Source: Basidiobolus meristosporus CBS 931.73 (Eukaryota; Fungi; Basidiobolomycota). From it: a stretch of 64,000 nucleotides of DNA. The notes under the pieces were generated by a model that saw only the letters and a program-made list of their open reading frames with translations, ran no database searches and was not told the origin of the DNA. A program made the translations under genes and the position numbers. Location of the stretch: assembly GCA_002104905.1 (NCBI GenBank), contig MCFE01000202.1:1-64000 (forward strand), given 5' to 3'. Below, in pieces: positions 1 through 12,879 of this stretch. Positions within the stretch are counted from its first letter, which is position 1, and each line of letters begins with the position of its first letter.

Positions 1-59
1 TCTGACAAAGAAGGTTCACTGATGGATTTTGAGCCTATCTCCCCTAACAACAGTACCAT

Positions 60-1340
60 GTATGAGCCCAGTCAAGTCCCAATATGCATTGAGATAACAC
101 CTGCTGAAACAAATGCAAGAATGCTTCTTAGAGCCAAGTGAGCCCAGTGATCCATCTATTGGTGAATGAGGTAATATTGTGGCTAGAGAAGTGGGGCATA
201 TCCACTAATATCAGTTATGGGGGCTTTGAGGATTTATTACTACATCTTGCCAAAATCATACCAGGATGCAACTTACCATGTACATGGTACAGGTGGACAA
301 TCATCATGTGGCTAGCCACATATGATCCAGAGACTGTCCTGATTCCAGCATGTTTTAACAGTTGCATGGCATTCACATCCAAAAATACTACCATTGCAAC
401 ATGTCCAAATTATTGGGAATCCACCACTATTGAGGGAAATCATTGTTCACACTCTGGATATATTCCGGTCATATCCCATCTGAGGAAGCTAATACAGTCC
501 AATAAATGATGCAAAGCTATACAGCACTGCACTCAGTATGAATCAAGCACAAACATATCCAATATATTTGATGGCAAACATTACAAACAGCTCAGAAGCA
601 AGGGCTATATCAAAGGTATGTATGACCATGCCTTTGCTTTAGCACTTGATGGCTTCTCATTAAACAAGTACTCTACCAGCAAATCCTGCTGGCCACTGGT
701 TCTTATCAATCTGAATCTGCTGCCCATCTTACAGTATCAGAGCAATAATGTGATGCTATTCTCACTGGTATCTGGGCTTATATTACCATCAAACCTGGAT
801 AGCTACCTGTATCCATTGCTGGATGAGTTTTGTATGCTTTCCAGCAGGATAACAGTAAATGGTTGTCATGTGAAAGCACATATTTTTATCTGCATTGGAT
901 ATACCCCTGCCATCAGCAAGATAGCAGATTTTTCTAGGCACAATGGATGGTATTGCTATTGAATGTGTGAGATCCTGGGAATTTACTCCATAACTCAAAC
1001 ACATTATTATTACACAAACACCAGCATAAGAACATCCTCTTTCCACAGAGCAAATGTATAGATGTCATCATGCAATTGCAGCAAAGGTTGCATGCTATAA
1101 GCCATTGGCCAGAATATGGAATCAATTGGAGACCAGAGATGCTTAAGATAGAGGTTATCTGTTGGAGCAAAAGCTTTCCACTAGGAGCAATGCATTTGCT
1201 TTTCTACAATATCCCTTTACTGATGACCAAGCTGAACATGGGGCATCTCAAGCTGAATGAGCCCTTTGAGATACTGCTGAAATTTGAACAAATTGGCACA
1301 GAGTTTCTGCTACTCTAAGCACTTCTCACAGGCTCCAATT
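60..1340 (+). pseudogene. CACTA/EnSpm-like (Transposase_21-type) transposase remnant
   Basis: ORFs 138-509, 618-962 and 1070-1318 give ALALDGF..SCWPLVLINLNL.P, PSNLDSYLYPLLDE and IG.TPAISK...HNGWYC, the motif order of fungal CACTA transposases. Broken by stops and frameshifts; homologous to 10560-12330(-) and 54900-56500(+). Confidence 0.8.
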
Positions 1341-1429
1341 AGTATTCATATGCATAGGCAACAATACAAATCAAAGACTGGATGAACTGGATATGTGGTA
1401 ATGGAAAGTAATCCATTACTAAAATATCT

Positions 1430-2601
1430 TAAAACCAATATTGAACTCATTTTCTTATTTTGCTTTTTGCTATTGTAACACACAAGTGAAGGATAAAGAA
1501 ATTCCAACTTTGAAGGACAAATACCCCAGACCCTGACCAGCAATCCACCCAAGAATATTATGCCATACAGAACATGCAGTAGCCAACACATGTTTCAAAT
1601 TACAGCTCATTTGAAGCAGTAGTTATGACCAAGAGTCCAATTATTATATATACTAGGCCACTATTGCTAGGATTACTGTGGTGACTTTGACTGCATGTAG
1701 CATTTGAACCTGCCTATCAAATTGCGTGAAATATGAACAGGTGCTGCACCTATGTCCAATCTGTGCTATTGCAAGATTTTTGCTTTGTATCACATGTATT
1801 GCTTGTGCAATTGCCCAAAAACTTTGATCCTTCAGAAATTCCATATATATGACTTCCCAGATGAAAAATAAAGGAGAGCCTCTCTTTGCATAATCTCCAC
1901 ACTATGATTACAGGTTTAAAGGTTGTAAGACCTCCCCTGCATCACTTGCACTGTTGAGTGTTCTGACTTTGATTGGTACTACATCAGTAAAGAGACTGCA
2001 AAGCTCACAAGAATCCAATCTAAGCTCTACAAGAAACTACCACTTTTCTGTTGGAAAAGTCCCCTCTAAGAAGCCCCTTTACTATAAAGACACCCCTTTA
2101 GTCTAAAGACCCATTTGAAGACCCCTTTAAAAAGCTCCATTACTCCAAAGAAGCCTCTTTAGGCACCCTTCTAATGTCAAGTTTGCTTTAGAAACCACTA
2201 CAAGACGCCCCTTTACTCTAAAAACACCCCTTTAGGTCTAAAGACCCCTTTCAAGACTTCTACAAGACAGCCCTTTAGGTTAAAGGGGAGTGCAGAGTTT
2301 CCATACTAGGAAAAATTTTCACAGAAAGGAAAGTGCCTTCCAAAAAAAGAAAAGTTACCATAAAAGTAAATAAGCCTTATAGTCAACAGAAGGTCAGAAC
2401 ACTGCCATAGTAGTGAGAATCACTGCCTATAGTATATTTTGAGCCTAAGATTGAGGATATTAGTGAAAGTTATATCTTCTATTGGTATATCAAACTCCCA
2501 ATAAACTATTTCAGTATTAGCATACGGAAAGTTGTTGTAAATTCTTGATTAGCCTCTATATTGTAGAACAAGCCCCAAACTAATCATAATACAACACAAC
2601 A
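1430..2601. repeat. Dispersed LTR-like repeat (family E), inverted copy at 49610-50385
   Basis: Blocks such as 1980-2070 and 2290-2600 are reverse complements of 49610-50385. Ends in ..AATACAACA. No TSD or PBS resolved. Confidence 0.65.
2060..2290. repeat. Degenerate short tandem array, unit core AAGAC(N)CCCTTT
   Basis: About ten variants of aagacacccctttag / aagacccctttaa in ~230 bp. The homologous segment near 49930-49980 is only ~50 bp. Confidence 0.7.
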
Positions 2602-5248
2602 ATTCATGGGGTAAAAATTGATCCCCCAGCTAATTTGAAGCACTGTAACACTGGCATATATGGGGAACAGGTCAGACAACTGCCCAAGAGCTCTTGGTAA
2701 GTCAAAACTAAGAAAAATTAAATTTTACTTGCTCAGATCTGTGTGGCCTATGAAGAGTTTTTCTTAGGCTTGACAAAGTATTTAATCATGCCTATTGCTG
2801 ATCATGCAAGAAACAGGTAGGTCTACATCATGGAAAGAAAGAAAGAAGCTCTGTCTAAGTCCAGGGAGCTTAAAGGGATGGTAGAGAGAGAAACTGGAGA
2901 AAAAATCAAGAAAATACACTCTGACAGTTGTACAGAATATACCTCAAAGCTCTTCATCCACTTATGCCAGATTTATTGGATAGAGCAGGATACTACTTTA
3001 CCATAGATCCTGTAGCAAAATGGATTAGTAGAACATGCAAACAGATCAATGACTGATATGACCAGGCTTATGATCCATGATCAAAAATCATCCTATAATT
3101 TTTAGGTGGAATCAGTTGCCACAGCTGCATACCCTAGTAGTAGGAGTTATAGTTGAATACTCTGTGAGTCTACTTTATTGAGACATGGTATGGATTACAC
3201 CAAGTGCAGAGCATCTATAAATACCTGGTTGTGCTGTCCATGCCCAGAAACTGCCTGGATATCAGTCAAATTTGTGTCAAAAGTGTAAAAGCATATTTTT
3301 GGGCTACTGCAATAGGAATAAAGTATGTAAATGCTTCAATACTAATACAATGAAGCTGATCAAGTCTTGGGATACATTGTTTGATGAAAGCTCAAGTTTG
3401 GCCTAAAAAAGGCTTCAGATAATGACATAAATCTGAGTTCAAGTCCACCAGCAGGCATAATTGAATCAGAGCAAAACAATGAAAGTTTTTTTACTCCTGA
3501 AGACTCTAAGCTGTATTTCAGTCTGAATTGGTGTCCAGGAATATCACAGAAGTGATCATTGCAGTATCAAAAGCCAGGAGATCCTACCAGATCCAAAATA
3601 GCACAAACTACTATTTCAATGAGGGTACAAATTTAGCCTTGACCTATTCAGTCCACATTAATGAGCCCTAGACTATAAGAGAGGCCTTAGATAGCCATCA
3701 GGTAAGGCTTGGGAGATCTGCAATGACTGAGGAGTATAAAGCCCTGATGGAAAATCAAACTTGCGACTTAGTGAAATAACCTATCAACCAAAATTAGTCA
3801 GACACTGATGGTCTTCCAGACAAAATATAAGGTGGATAGTACAATATTGGAAAGTACATAGCAAGATTTGTGGCCAAAGAATACTTCAAACAAAAGGACT
3901 TGACTATCCTAAGACCATTGCACCAGTAGCCAAGCTTAATTCCATCAGATTAATATTAGCTATTGCTGCCTAATATAGGCTTTTTTATACATCAAATTGA
4001 TGTAAAAACTGCATTTTTGAATGAACAACTTGATCAGGACATATAAGTGGATCATTCTGATGTGCTTATTGACTAAGGTAGCCCCTACTTTGTCTGCATG
4101 CACAAAAAGTCTCCATATGAACTTGCTCATTCACCAAGTGCCTAGAATTGCAGGATAAATTCTTATTTGGAATCCTTTAGTTTCAAAAGGAGTACTGCTG
4201 ACCAAGGTATATATTATAAGCCACATAGAGCAAGTCCTGTCTTATTAGCTCTATATGTGGATGATCTGATCATAGCTACCAATAACTGTGAAATATTGGA
4301 AGAGACTAAATTCAGCATATCTGTTCAGTTCAAGATGTCCAATCAAGGAAAACCTAGTTACCACTTGGGGATAAAGTTCTCCATAGACAGAAGTACCCAG
4401 ACTACCACCCTAATACAGTCCAAACATATTTTAGATATGCTAAGTAAGTATCAGACAAAAGACACTAACCTGGCAGCTACCCCAATGGAGACAAATGTTA
4501 ACTTGGTCAAAACTCCACGAATTCAAGTGAGCCTGGTGCAATCTGAAAGACCTACCTTTCCATATCATTCTGTGGTTGGCAATTGGAAGTATACCATGCT
4601 TGGATCCTGTCCAGATATCTCATATTCATTGTGAGTTGTCAGCCAGTACAGTCAGAATTATGGATCAGATCATATTGCAGCAATTAAGCAGATTATTAGA
4701 TACCTAAAAAGTACTGCTGATATATACTCAAACTACACCCTTGAGGATTCATAACAAGGCCTTGTAGGATAATCTGATGCTGATTGGGATGAAACTTACA
4801 TGTCAGAGGGTCTATTACAAGAAAAACATTTCTTTACCAGCAAAGGAGCAATGTCATGGAATTCAAGAAAGCAACCAGCTTTAGCACCTACCACCACAGA
4901 GGCAGAATAAATGGCAGCCTGCAAGGCTATTAAAGAGGCAGCTAGGTCACTTGAACTATAGTCTACAAGTATTGGAGTATTCTGTCAAAATCCTTGTTGG
5001 GAATATCTTGGACTATTTTTACCAAAATATCACATTCCCAGAACATAAAAGTTCTCAAAGTTGTCCTAACAGTCCCAAGCTTGACATTCATGCTCTTGGG
5101 ATCTTCCTAAATCTATTCTTTTTTTTTGCTTTGCCTGAACCATGTAAAAGTACAGATACTATTTTAACATTCAATAAATTGTTAAGTAGAGACAAATAAT
5201 TTACATATTCTCCCAAACAGTTGTAATATTTCTAAGACTCTGACAACA
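2602..5248 (+). mobile_element. Decayed Ty1/copia element (older family G): IN, RT and RNase H remnants plus partial 3' LTR
   Basis: ORF 4167-4634 contains LALYVDDLII and YHLGIKF. RKQPALA-like RNase H remnant near 4865. 4930-5248 matches the LTRs at 54489-54837 and 63111-63456 and ends ..GACAACA. Confidence 0.8.
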
Positions 5249-5699
5249 AAGACCTCAGGCTCTTACTTCAGTAGGTCATTGAGAATCTCTGTGGAGTTGC
5301 AAGCTGACCATAATGGTCAGGCAGATAAGAATAAAGCAAATGCAGTACCTACAGTAGAAAACCATCAAATGATCATTGTAACATAACCACTACCAGTATT
5401 AGTAGGTATGCTGTTGCTCCTACCAAAGCATTAAAGAGGCAATTATATAAGTACATAATAGTATAGATGCAACAATCCAGTGAAATTAGGAGATAGTTTG
5501 GAGACAAGATCCTTATGAAAGGTAACTGTGATTGTCCCATCAAAATGCCATTGCAGAGTTTTAATCCTCTGACTTAGTGGTATTGGTGCCATAAGGACAC
5601 CATGCAATAACCATTAAAATAATTCAATCTATACAAGTCCCTATGCATAACCCTAACAATAAGCTCAATCACCCACTCAACAAGTGACTCCACTGAAAT

Positions 5700-7700
5700 C
5701 CTCCATTATATGTGCTCTTCTGCTATAATACCCTTTTTCCATAATTTCAGCAGGAATTTTGCAGCTTTGTGGTTTTGTTCATGCATTGATTTCCATAAAT
5801 CCAGCCTTCAGCTGGCAATGCAACATCCAGCTCAACAGCTGCCAGTCTCTACAACAAATCCTTGTATATTCAACTGTGTTTTTTTCAGCACTGCTCCTGA
5901 AGAAGAGCTCCAACCATTGGCTGTGCCTGTTATTGCCCCAAAATTTGACTGTAGGCAATGTAATAGTCCTGTGGTTTCCTGATGCTGTTGCTTAGTCTAT
6001 CAGTGGAATCTTAAACTCAGTCTACAAAGGAGGATGTGGAGGCTGGGGAGGCTGTGGTCATTATGAATAGACACCAGGCAGGAGAGTGGAGCTAGGCCAG
6101 GTATGGCAAGGAAAGGACTTAGGTGTGGTTCAGCAAAGCAGAACGCAATCCAAAACAAAGCTGTTTATTCAAGACCTGTATTTGTCAGACCAAGGAATAT
6201 ATAATGGTTATAGGACTACAAATACTGTGTTGCAATATTGATGCCAAGAGATATTGGCTAATGCTAATGGGGTTCTGGGATGAGACACAGTATGCAAGTA
6301 AAGATTGTAATGCAATAAAAATTAGACTAGAGTACCCAATGTGGATACACATGGTGTCAGCTGATCATGCAATTAGGTCTTGCAACATGTCTTTACAATA
6401 TTTTGCATGAACCTACATAAGTTTAAATAGGTAGCCTTTATGAAATGGATAAACAGGAATAAATAAACATTGTTTTAGAGTCTTTGGGAAGTAATCAGAA
6501 TGTGGTAGAGTGTTTTGGAAGAAATTGAGATTTATTCACTATGTAGATTTGGCCAGATTGCTAAAGGTCAGGGATGTGATATGATATGGCAGTGGTAGAC
6601 AAATTGCCTTTCTCTGCCAGCTGATCTGCTTCACTGGAGTATAGCTCAACTGGCATTGCATCCAACTCTAGAGAAAATGGCTATTGTCTTGTTGACAATT
6701 CTTAATGGTTACTATGGAATTCAACCTGTTCTGGGCTGACAGTTGTAGTCAGTGAGAGCTACATCTTGTTTCTCACACTACCCTGTCTCTGGCTTGGCTA
6801 GAAATTTTTCACTTCTCCTATGCCTTTATAAATGCCAGGTCTATCACAACTACTTTGACTGAGACCTTCTTGCACTCTAATACATTTTCTCCTTGATTAA
6901 TACTGCACTGGTGTGTAAACCTTTGCCTTCTTGTCCCTTGCCCACACTCTTCCAGCTTCCTGCTGTTACTCTGCCACTTGCTTCAAGCTTTCAGCCCTGC
7001 TTGTGACAGTATCCTGAGCAAGCTGCAATTTTTCTTCACTGCCCAACCTTTCACTGCCACTTTGGCTGAAAGCCTCTTGAATGGACTTACCTGTTTCCTT
7101 AATAGATATGGCACTACAGCATCCATTTTGGCCTGCTTGTGCTTTCCTGGCACTCTTCCAGCTGCATGATGTTTTACTGCCACTTATTTAGAGGTTTTAG
7201 CCCCGCTTGTATTGGGCTCTTGCCAAAGCCACTGAATTTTACCAATGGCGTACTTGTACTTTGGCCTCTGATAGCTTCAGCTATGCTTGTAGTACTTTTG
7301 CAGCAAGCTTAAGATGGCTCAAAACTTGCTTGCTTTTTAGAACTCATGAGAGAGCTCATAGAACCAGTCAATCTCATTCTGCTGGCCTGAGGTGCTGATG
7401 ATGCCATGGTAAGCTGGCCCTATGTGATGGCATGCTAGACTTCCATCAGCCTTTGAAATCTTGACCCACTCTTGATCATTATACCCAATTACTACACAAA
7501 TCTTTTTAATGCTTTGGCTTTTAGGCTCTGGTGCAAGTATCTCAGTCTCTCCCTTCTATATGGTGAAAGTTTTTTTGTGGACATTATCTATAAGCACTGT
7601 TGTAGTGCATCAAACACTTTATGCTATTTCTCTATTGTTGCTTGGGAGATTGCTTAATTCCTGGTGTTGACATTGTACTACTTCAGTTTGTCTTTGCCAT
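5700..7700 (-). pseudogene. Remnant of the repetitive second gene of the CACTA-like family
   Basis: Colinear with 50780-52800 (same strand) and with 12880-14497 (opposite strand). Many stops. Confidence 0.55.
6059..6591 (-). mobile_element. Probable solo LTR (533 bp) with 5-bp TSD GTGGT
   Basis: The host site GAGGCTGTGGTGGACAAA (empty at ~51165) is split. GTGGT occurs at 6054-6058 and 6592-6596. Termini decayed (CATTATG..ATGGCA). Confidence 0.55.
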
Positions 7701-7853
7701 AAATGTACTGTGTTCATTAACTAGGATATTGATTGCTCTACCCCCTATGAACACAATTGGATCCTGCAGGTGGATCTAATCCAGATCAGCCATCCGGATC
7801 CTGCAATTTGTCTATCATAATGCTAGCAGCTTGGAATTATTAGCCCTCCATGC

Positions 7854-8884
7854 TGTAGTGGGGTGACAGTGACACCCATTGACAGATGTGCTCATTCCCA
7901 TAATTTTTTACTTCCCTATATCTCTACTACACTTATTTTATTTTTATTCCATTTGTCTTACCTGATCAGTACTATCCCATAAGCTGGTTGGCTATCACAC
8001 CTGCTTACCTTATTGCATAAGTTACCCCTCACTTTATGTAAGATTATCAGCTATAAGTGCTTCTATATAGGCAAGTACCTGCGCCAGTACCCGTGACACA
8101 TGATCAACCCATGTCACCATCGCTACCATTTCCATACCATATATGGTATCCCTATGTTACACAGGTTTCAGAATACTGATTCCTGATTGGTTCGGTGTGC
8201 TGTGCCTCTTAGAACCTTCCAGCACCTACTTAGAACATTCTTAGGTCATTCTGATGTCTTTAAGACTTCTATTGATATCCAGAACCTTCTCAAACACCAT
8301 GATTAGTAATCACTTAGCCAGTAAGAAAAGTATATAAGGGAGGCTATTCCTTAACAATAAATCATCATCCCTTTTATCAATATACAAACTTGTTGATTAG
8401 TGTGATCACTGCTACCTGCTGCTACCTGAACTTCAAACCCTTGACCACAGGACACTCCCAGGAAACTGCGCTGACAGCCAACTGACCTTGGAGGCACTAT
8501 CTTTTAATATATTTGATTCTTTCCCAAGTTTGTTCTTGTACAGGCAAAGATACTATTCTGTCTTTGTAACTATTGACCACAGCTGCATTCTTATCAGGTC
8601 CCTGCTGGTGGAGTTTACAGTTGTTTTGACTTTGGAAGCTTTAGTACATTGTCATCTCAAAAGACGCTGAGCCCAGCACATACTTTTGTTAAGACACCAA
8701 CTAAGTTGGGGATTGTAGCTTAATAGTTTTCCCTTGACAAGCTTGTGGCTTTATTCCCTTTCACATCAGATTAGAGACAGAACCCAAGTATTCCTAGCAA
8801 GCTTTTGCCAGAGGTTATTGCACCCAGTGAATACCCCACACAAGTGTTGGACATATCTCTCCCTTGGACCTATACACCACTACA
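7854..8884 (+). mobile_element. Solo LTR, family D (1031 bp), 4-bp TSD ATGC/ACGC
   Basis: Perfect 8-bp inverted termini TGTAGTGG..CCACTACA. Flanks ATGC (7850-7853) and ACGC (8885-8888). TATATAAG and AATAAA at ~8330-8360. Close copy at 59852-60840. Confidence 0.85.
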
Positions 8885-9210
8885 ACGCAATCTTATGTCA
8901 GGATTCTAGCAGCATTTTGTGGATTTTATTGCTAAGTTTAGTACAAAACTTGATGGTGTTTTGGCAGTCTTTTGAGAAGAACTGCATGGCTTTCAGGGAG
9001 TCATAATGAGCACTACATTTATTTGAGTAGACCTAGCAAGCCAACATTTCTAGTTGCCTTATAGGACAAGAAACTTGACTGTGTCTGACAGCCTCATTTC
9101 CAGCCTTTGCTGGCATTATAGCAGCAGTAAAACAGTCTACAGCTAGTTATGCTTAGTGCTACTGTACCAATGTACCAAGTGGTATTTTCTTTTTCTACCT
9201 CCCCTTGTAC

Positions 9211-9690
9211 TGTGGTGGTGTACAATTAAAATGGAGGGACATTTCCAACACTTCTGAAGTATTTGGGTATTAGGTGCTCACTGGGTGTAATAACCTGTGC
9301 CAAAAACTTGCTAGGAGTACTTGGGCTCTGGCTCTACTCTAATATGAAGGTGAATAAAGCAACCAGCTTGTCAAGAAAAAATTATCAAGCTACTATCCCC
9401 AGCTTAATTGGCATCTTGAAAGAGTATGTGCTGGGTTCAGCATCCTTTGTGATGACAATGTACTAAAGGTTCTAAAGTCAAAGCAATGATAAACTCCACT
9501 AGCAGGGACTTAATAAGAATGCAACTGTAGTCAACAATTACATTTACACAAAAGTATCTTTGCCTGAAGAAGTACAAACTTGGTAAAGAATGAAAAATAA
9601 AGAAAGATATATTCAGTTGGCCATCAGTGCAGTTTCCTGGGAATGCCCAGCAGTCTGGGATTGGAAGTTAAGGCAGCAGTGACCCTATGA
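9211..9690 (-). mobile_element. Truncated family-D LTR, inverted relative to 7854-8884
   Basis: Starts TGTGGTGGTGTAC. Reverse complement of ~8400-8884 and matches 53171-53700. Confidence 0.7.
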
Positions 9691-10559
9691 AAAATAATTT
9701 GGGCCTTCAGGTGGATCCAATCTGGATCAGCCTTCAAGATCCCATCAGGAGACTGTAATAATACCAACAGGTTGGAAATAATGACCATCTACTCAATCTT
9801 GTGACAGGATCACAACAGTGCTTTGCTAATCTTACAACAAAATTGTGTTGCTAAGATATGATGGTGTTTCTCGAGCATTTTGCCAAGGGTGGCATAGCAT
9901 TGTTGCAGTTGTAGTGTGCTTTACTCCTATTGAACGGGATCTAACAAGCCATTATATCCAATTGCCGTATATGGCAAATAACCAACAGCTTTTGACGGCC
10001 CCTTTGCAAACCTTTGATGGCATTATCATGGCAGTATGGTGGCCTACAGCTAGTTTTGTATCATGCTACTGTACCAGTTTACCAAATGATACTTTTGTTT
10101 TTGTACCTCTGCTTGCGTAATTCATATATTCCACTGTAGAATCACTACTCTTTGTCTGCTTACCCACCACCACCTTGGGTATTCCACATATAGTTTGACT
10201 CAAGAAAAACTATGGCCTCCTGCTTACTAACCTCTACAAACATGTACACCTGCCACAATTAACAAACTTCTATCACCTCAACTTTACGGCTTTTTAGTGT
10301 GTTGTTTGCAAAGTTGCCATATATCTTTTATTGCTGGTAACATATATATTTTTCAAACATATGCTTAGTTGCTACCACTTTTGCTATGAATACCACCTGA
10401 ATATTTACAAAGTACCTTTTGCTATTTAGCCAATATATTCCTTCTCCCTGCTGAATTCTAGTCCCCCTTATAGGTGCATTCCGGCGCTTGTTTGTGTTAA
10501 TTGTGTACTGAATGGTTTGGAATTTGGCTTGTGACCAAGAGAAATTCAGCATACCTTTG

Positions 10560-12330
10560 GAGAGTGTTCCAAATCAAAGTTAGTTACTTGTTGCACTCAA
10601 CCCAACTTTGCATTACTTAACTGATTACCCATACACTGGGGCTGCTTAGCTTTATAATGCCATAGGCATAGGTGTCTTCATATGCGCCGCTGTCCTCAGT
10701 CTTTTCCAACTCTTCCTGGATGTCCTCTATGTGCCAACTCATCATATCCAAGATGGACTTGAAGGTAATATTTCTGATGAGATTGGGGTATGGTAGTACC
10801 TACAGCTAGACTTGTCTTCCTATCTCCCCACACATCCACTGCATCAGAAACTCCCAAAAGGTGATGCAAGGTCTAATGTTCTCAACACACCAAGCAAGAT
10901 GCAATAGCAAATGGATACAGTAGCAGCAAAGATCTACAAGTTCACCTTTATGTTTGCAGTATAGCTGCTCAAATTCCACCACCAAATCTTTGTACAAAAG
11001 CTGTAGAAGCCTCAAGATGGCATTGGTCATCTGCTTCTGGATAAATATTCCCATAATGTCCACATATGACTCCCAATGATTCCAACGTACTCTTGGTAGA
11101 AATGCCACTTTAAAAACTCACATTAAGTTCATCCAATCCTTGCACTTATATTGTTGCATATGTATATGAATGTTGATTGAAGCGCATGAGAAGTACTTAG
11201 GTTAGCAGATACTCTATAATATCTTGCCAATTCATTCAAATTTCTCCAGTATCTCAAAGGGCTCATTTGGCTTGAAATACCCCATGCACAACTTGATCAT
11301 CTGTATAGGGATATTGTTGAAAAGGAAATGCACTGCTCCCAGTAGAAAGCTTTTGCTCCAATAGATACTATCTATCTTACATATCTCCAGTTTGCAATTG
11401 ATTCCATATTCAGGCTGATGGCTTATAGCTTGCCAACTTTGCTGCAATTGGATGCTGACTTCTGTACATTCTCTCTGTGGAAAGCGGATGTTCTTAGTGC
11501 TGGTGTTTGGGTAATAATAATATATGTGAACCATGGAGAAAGTCCCCTGGATCCCACACATTTGGCAGCAATACCTTCTATTGTGCCCAGAAAAACCCGC
11601 TTTCTTGCTGATGGCTGGGGTATCTCCAATGCAGATAATGATATGCACCTTGACATGACAGCCGTTCACTGTTATCCTGCTGGAAGAAATACAAAACTCA
11701 TCCAGTAATGGATACAGGCAGCTATCCAGGTTGAACAGTGATTTAGGTCTAGATACCAGTGAGACTAACATCGGACTTTGGCTCTGACACTGTAAGATAG
11801 GCAGCAGATTCAGGTTGCTGAGAATTGGTGACCAGCAGGACTTGCTAGTAGAGCACTAGTTTAATGAGAATCTATCAAGTGCCAAGGCAAAGGCATGGTA
11901 ATACATAACCTCAAGGTAGCCCTTACTTCTTAGCTGTTTATAATGTTTGCCATTGCATATATCTAATATGTTTGTGCTTGATTGATACTGAGTGTCATCC
12001 TTTATAGCTTTACAATATTTGTTGTAATGTATGAGCGTCTGTATACATAGTATTACTAGAATATATCTGGAGTGTGAACAATGTTTTCCCCCAATGGTGG
12101 TGAATTCCTGACAAGTTGGACACCTTGCAACAGAGGCAATTTCTGATGTGACTGCCATGCAATTGTTAAGACATGGTGGAGTCAGGACAGTCTCTGGGTC
12201 TTATGTTTTCTGTCACGTGACAGTTTTCCATTTATACCATTTACATGCACTTCTCTAGCCACAACATCATATCATTCTCCAGTAGATGGATTACTGGGCT
12301 CACTTGATTCCATAAAGTATCCTTAGCATT
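10560..12330 (-). pseudogene. CACTA-like transposase remnant
   Basis: ORF 11232-11771 (PKSLFNLDSCLYPLLDE..IGDTPAISKKAGFSGHNRRYCCQMC). ORF 10806-11108 (HLLLHLAWCVENIRP..WEFLMQWMCGEI, the H..LHl..GP..w.f.mER.cg motif). Confidence 0.85.
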
Positions 12331-12879
12331 TTTGGCACAGGTGTTGTCTCATTACATAATGGGACCTTGCTATGCTCATGCTGGGTGCTTTGTTAGGGAA
12401 GATAGACTCACAATACAAGGCTGTGGTTAGCCTAAAGGTGCCACAAACTCTCCTGACTCAGTTTGAGCAAGGTGATAAGTACAGCCAGATGCTGTTATAG
12501 ATATATTAAGTGGCTGGCAAGACATTATTGGTACAGTAGTGACTAGTGAATGATCAAATATGACTTGTGTGACAAAACACTAGCTGCAATTCTTGTGATA
12601 CTTCCTATGCTGTATGCATGCTTTGTGAATGAGAGGCTTTCTTCAATAGCCATATGTTCTATTTTCTCTTCTCCTACAGCAATGAACTGTAATACTCTTG
12701 TCCATGGGGCAAACAGTTTGACACTCAACAATATAATGCTCTTATATCATTTTTTTGTCAATACTAGTATGAACTTAAGACAGTCTTGTATTTGAGACAT
12801 TGCAGCTACATGAATGTAAGATTCAATGATGACCCACCACAGAAAGCATTATAAATAAAGTTGTGGCTCCACATATACA

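Noticed and set aside
2060-2290. CRISPR-like array
   Set aside because: Units are short, degenerate and lack unique regular spacers. The context is eukaryotic and there are no cas genes.
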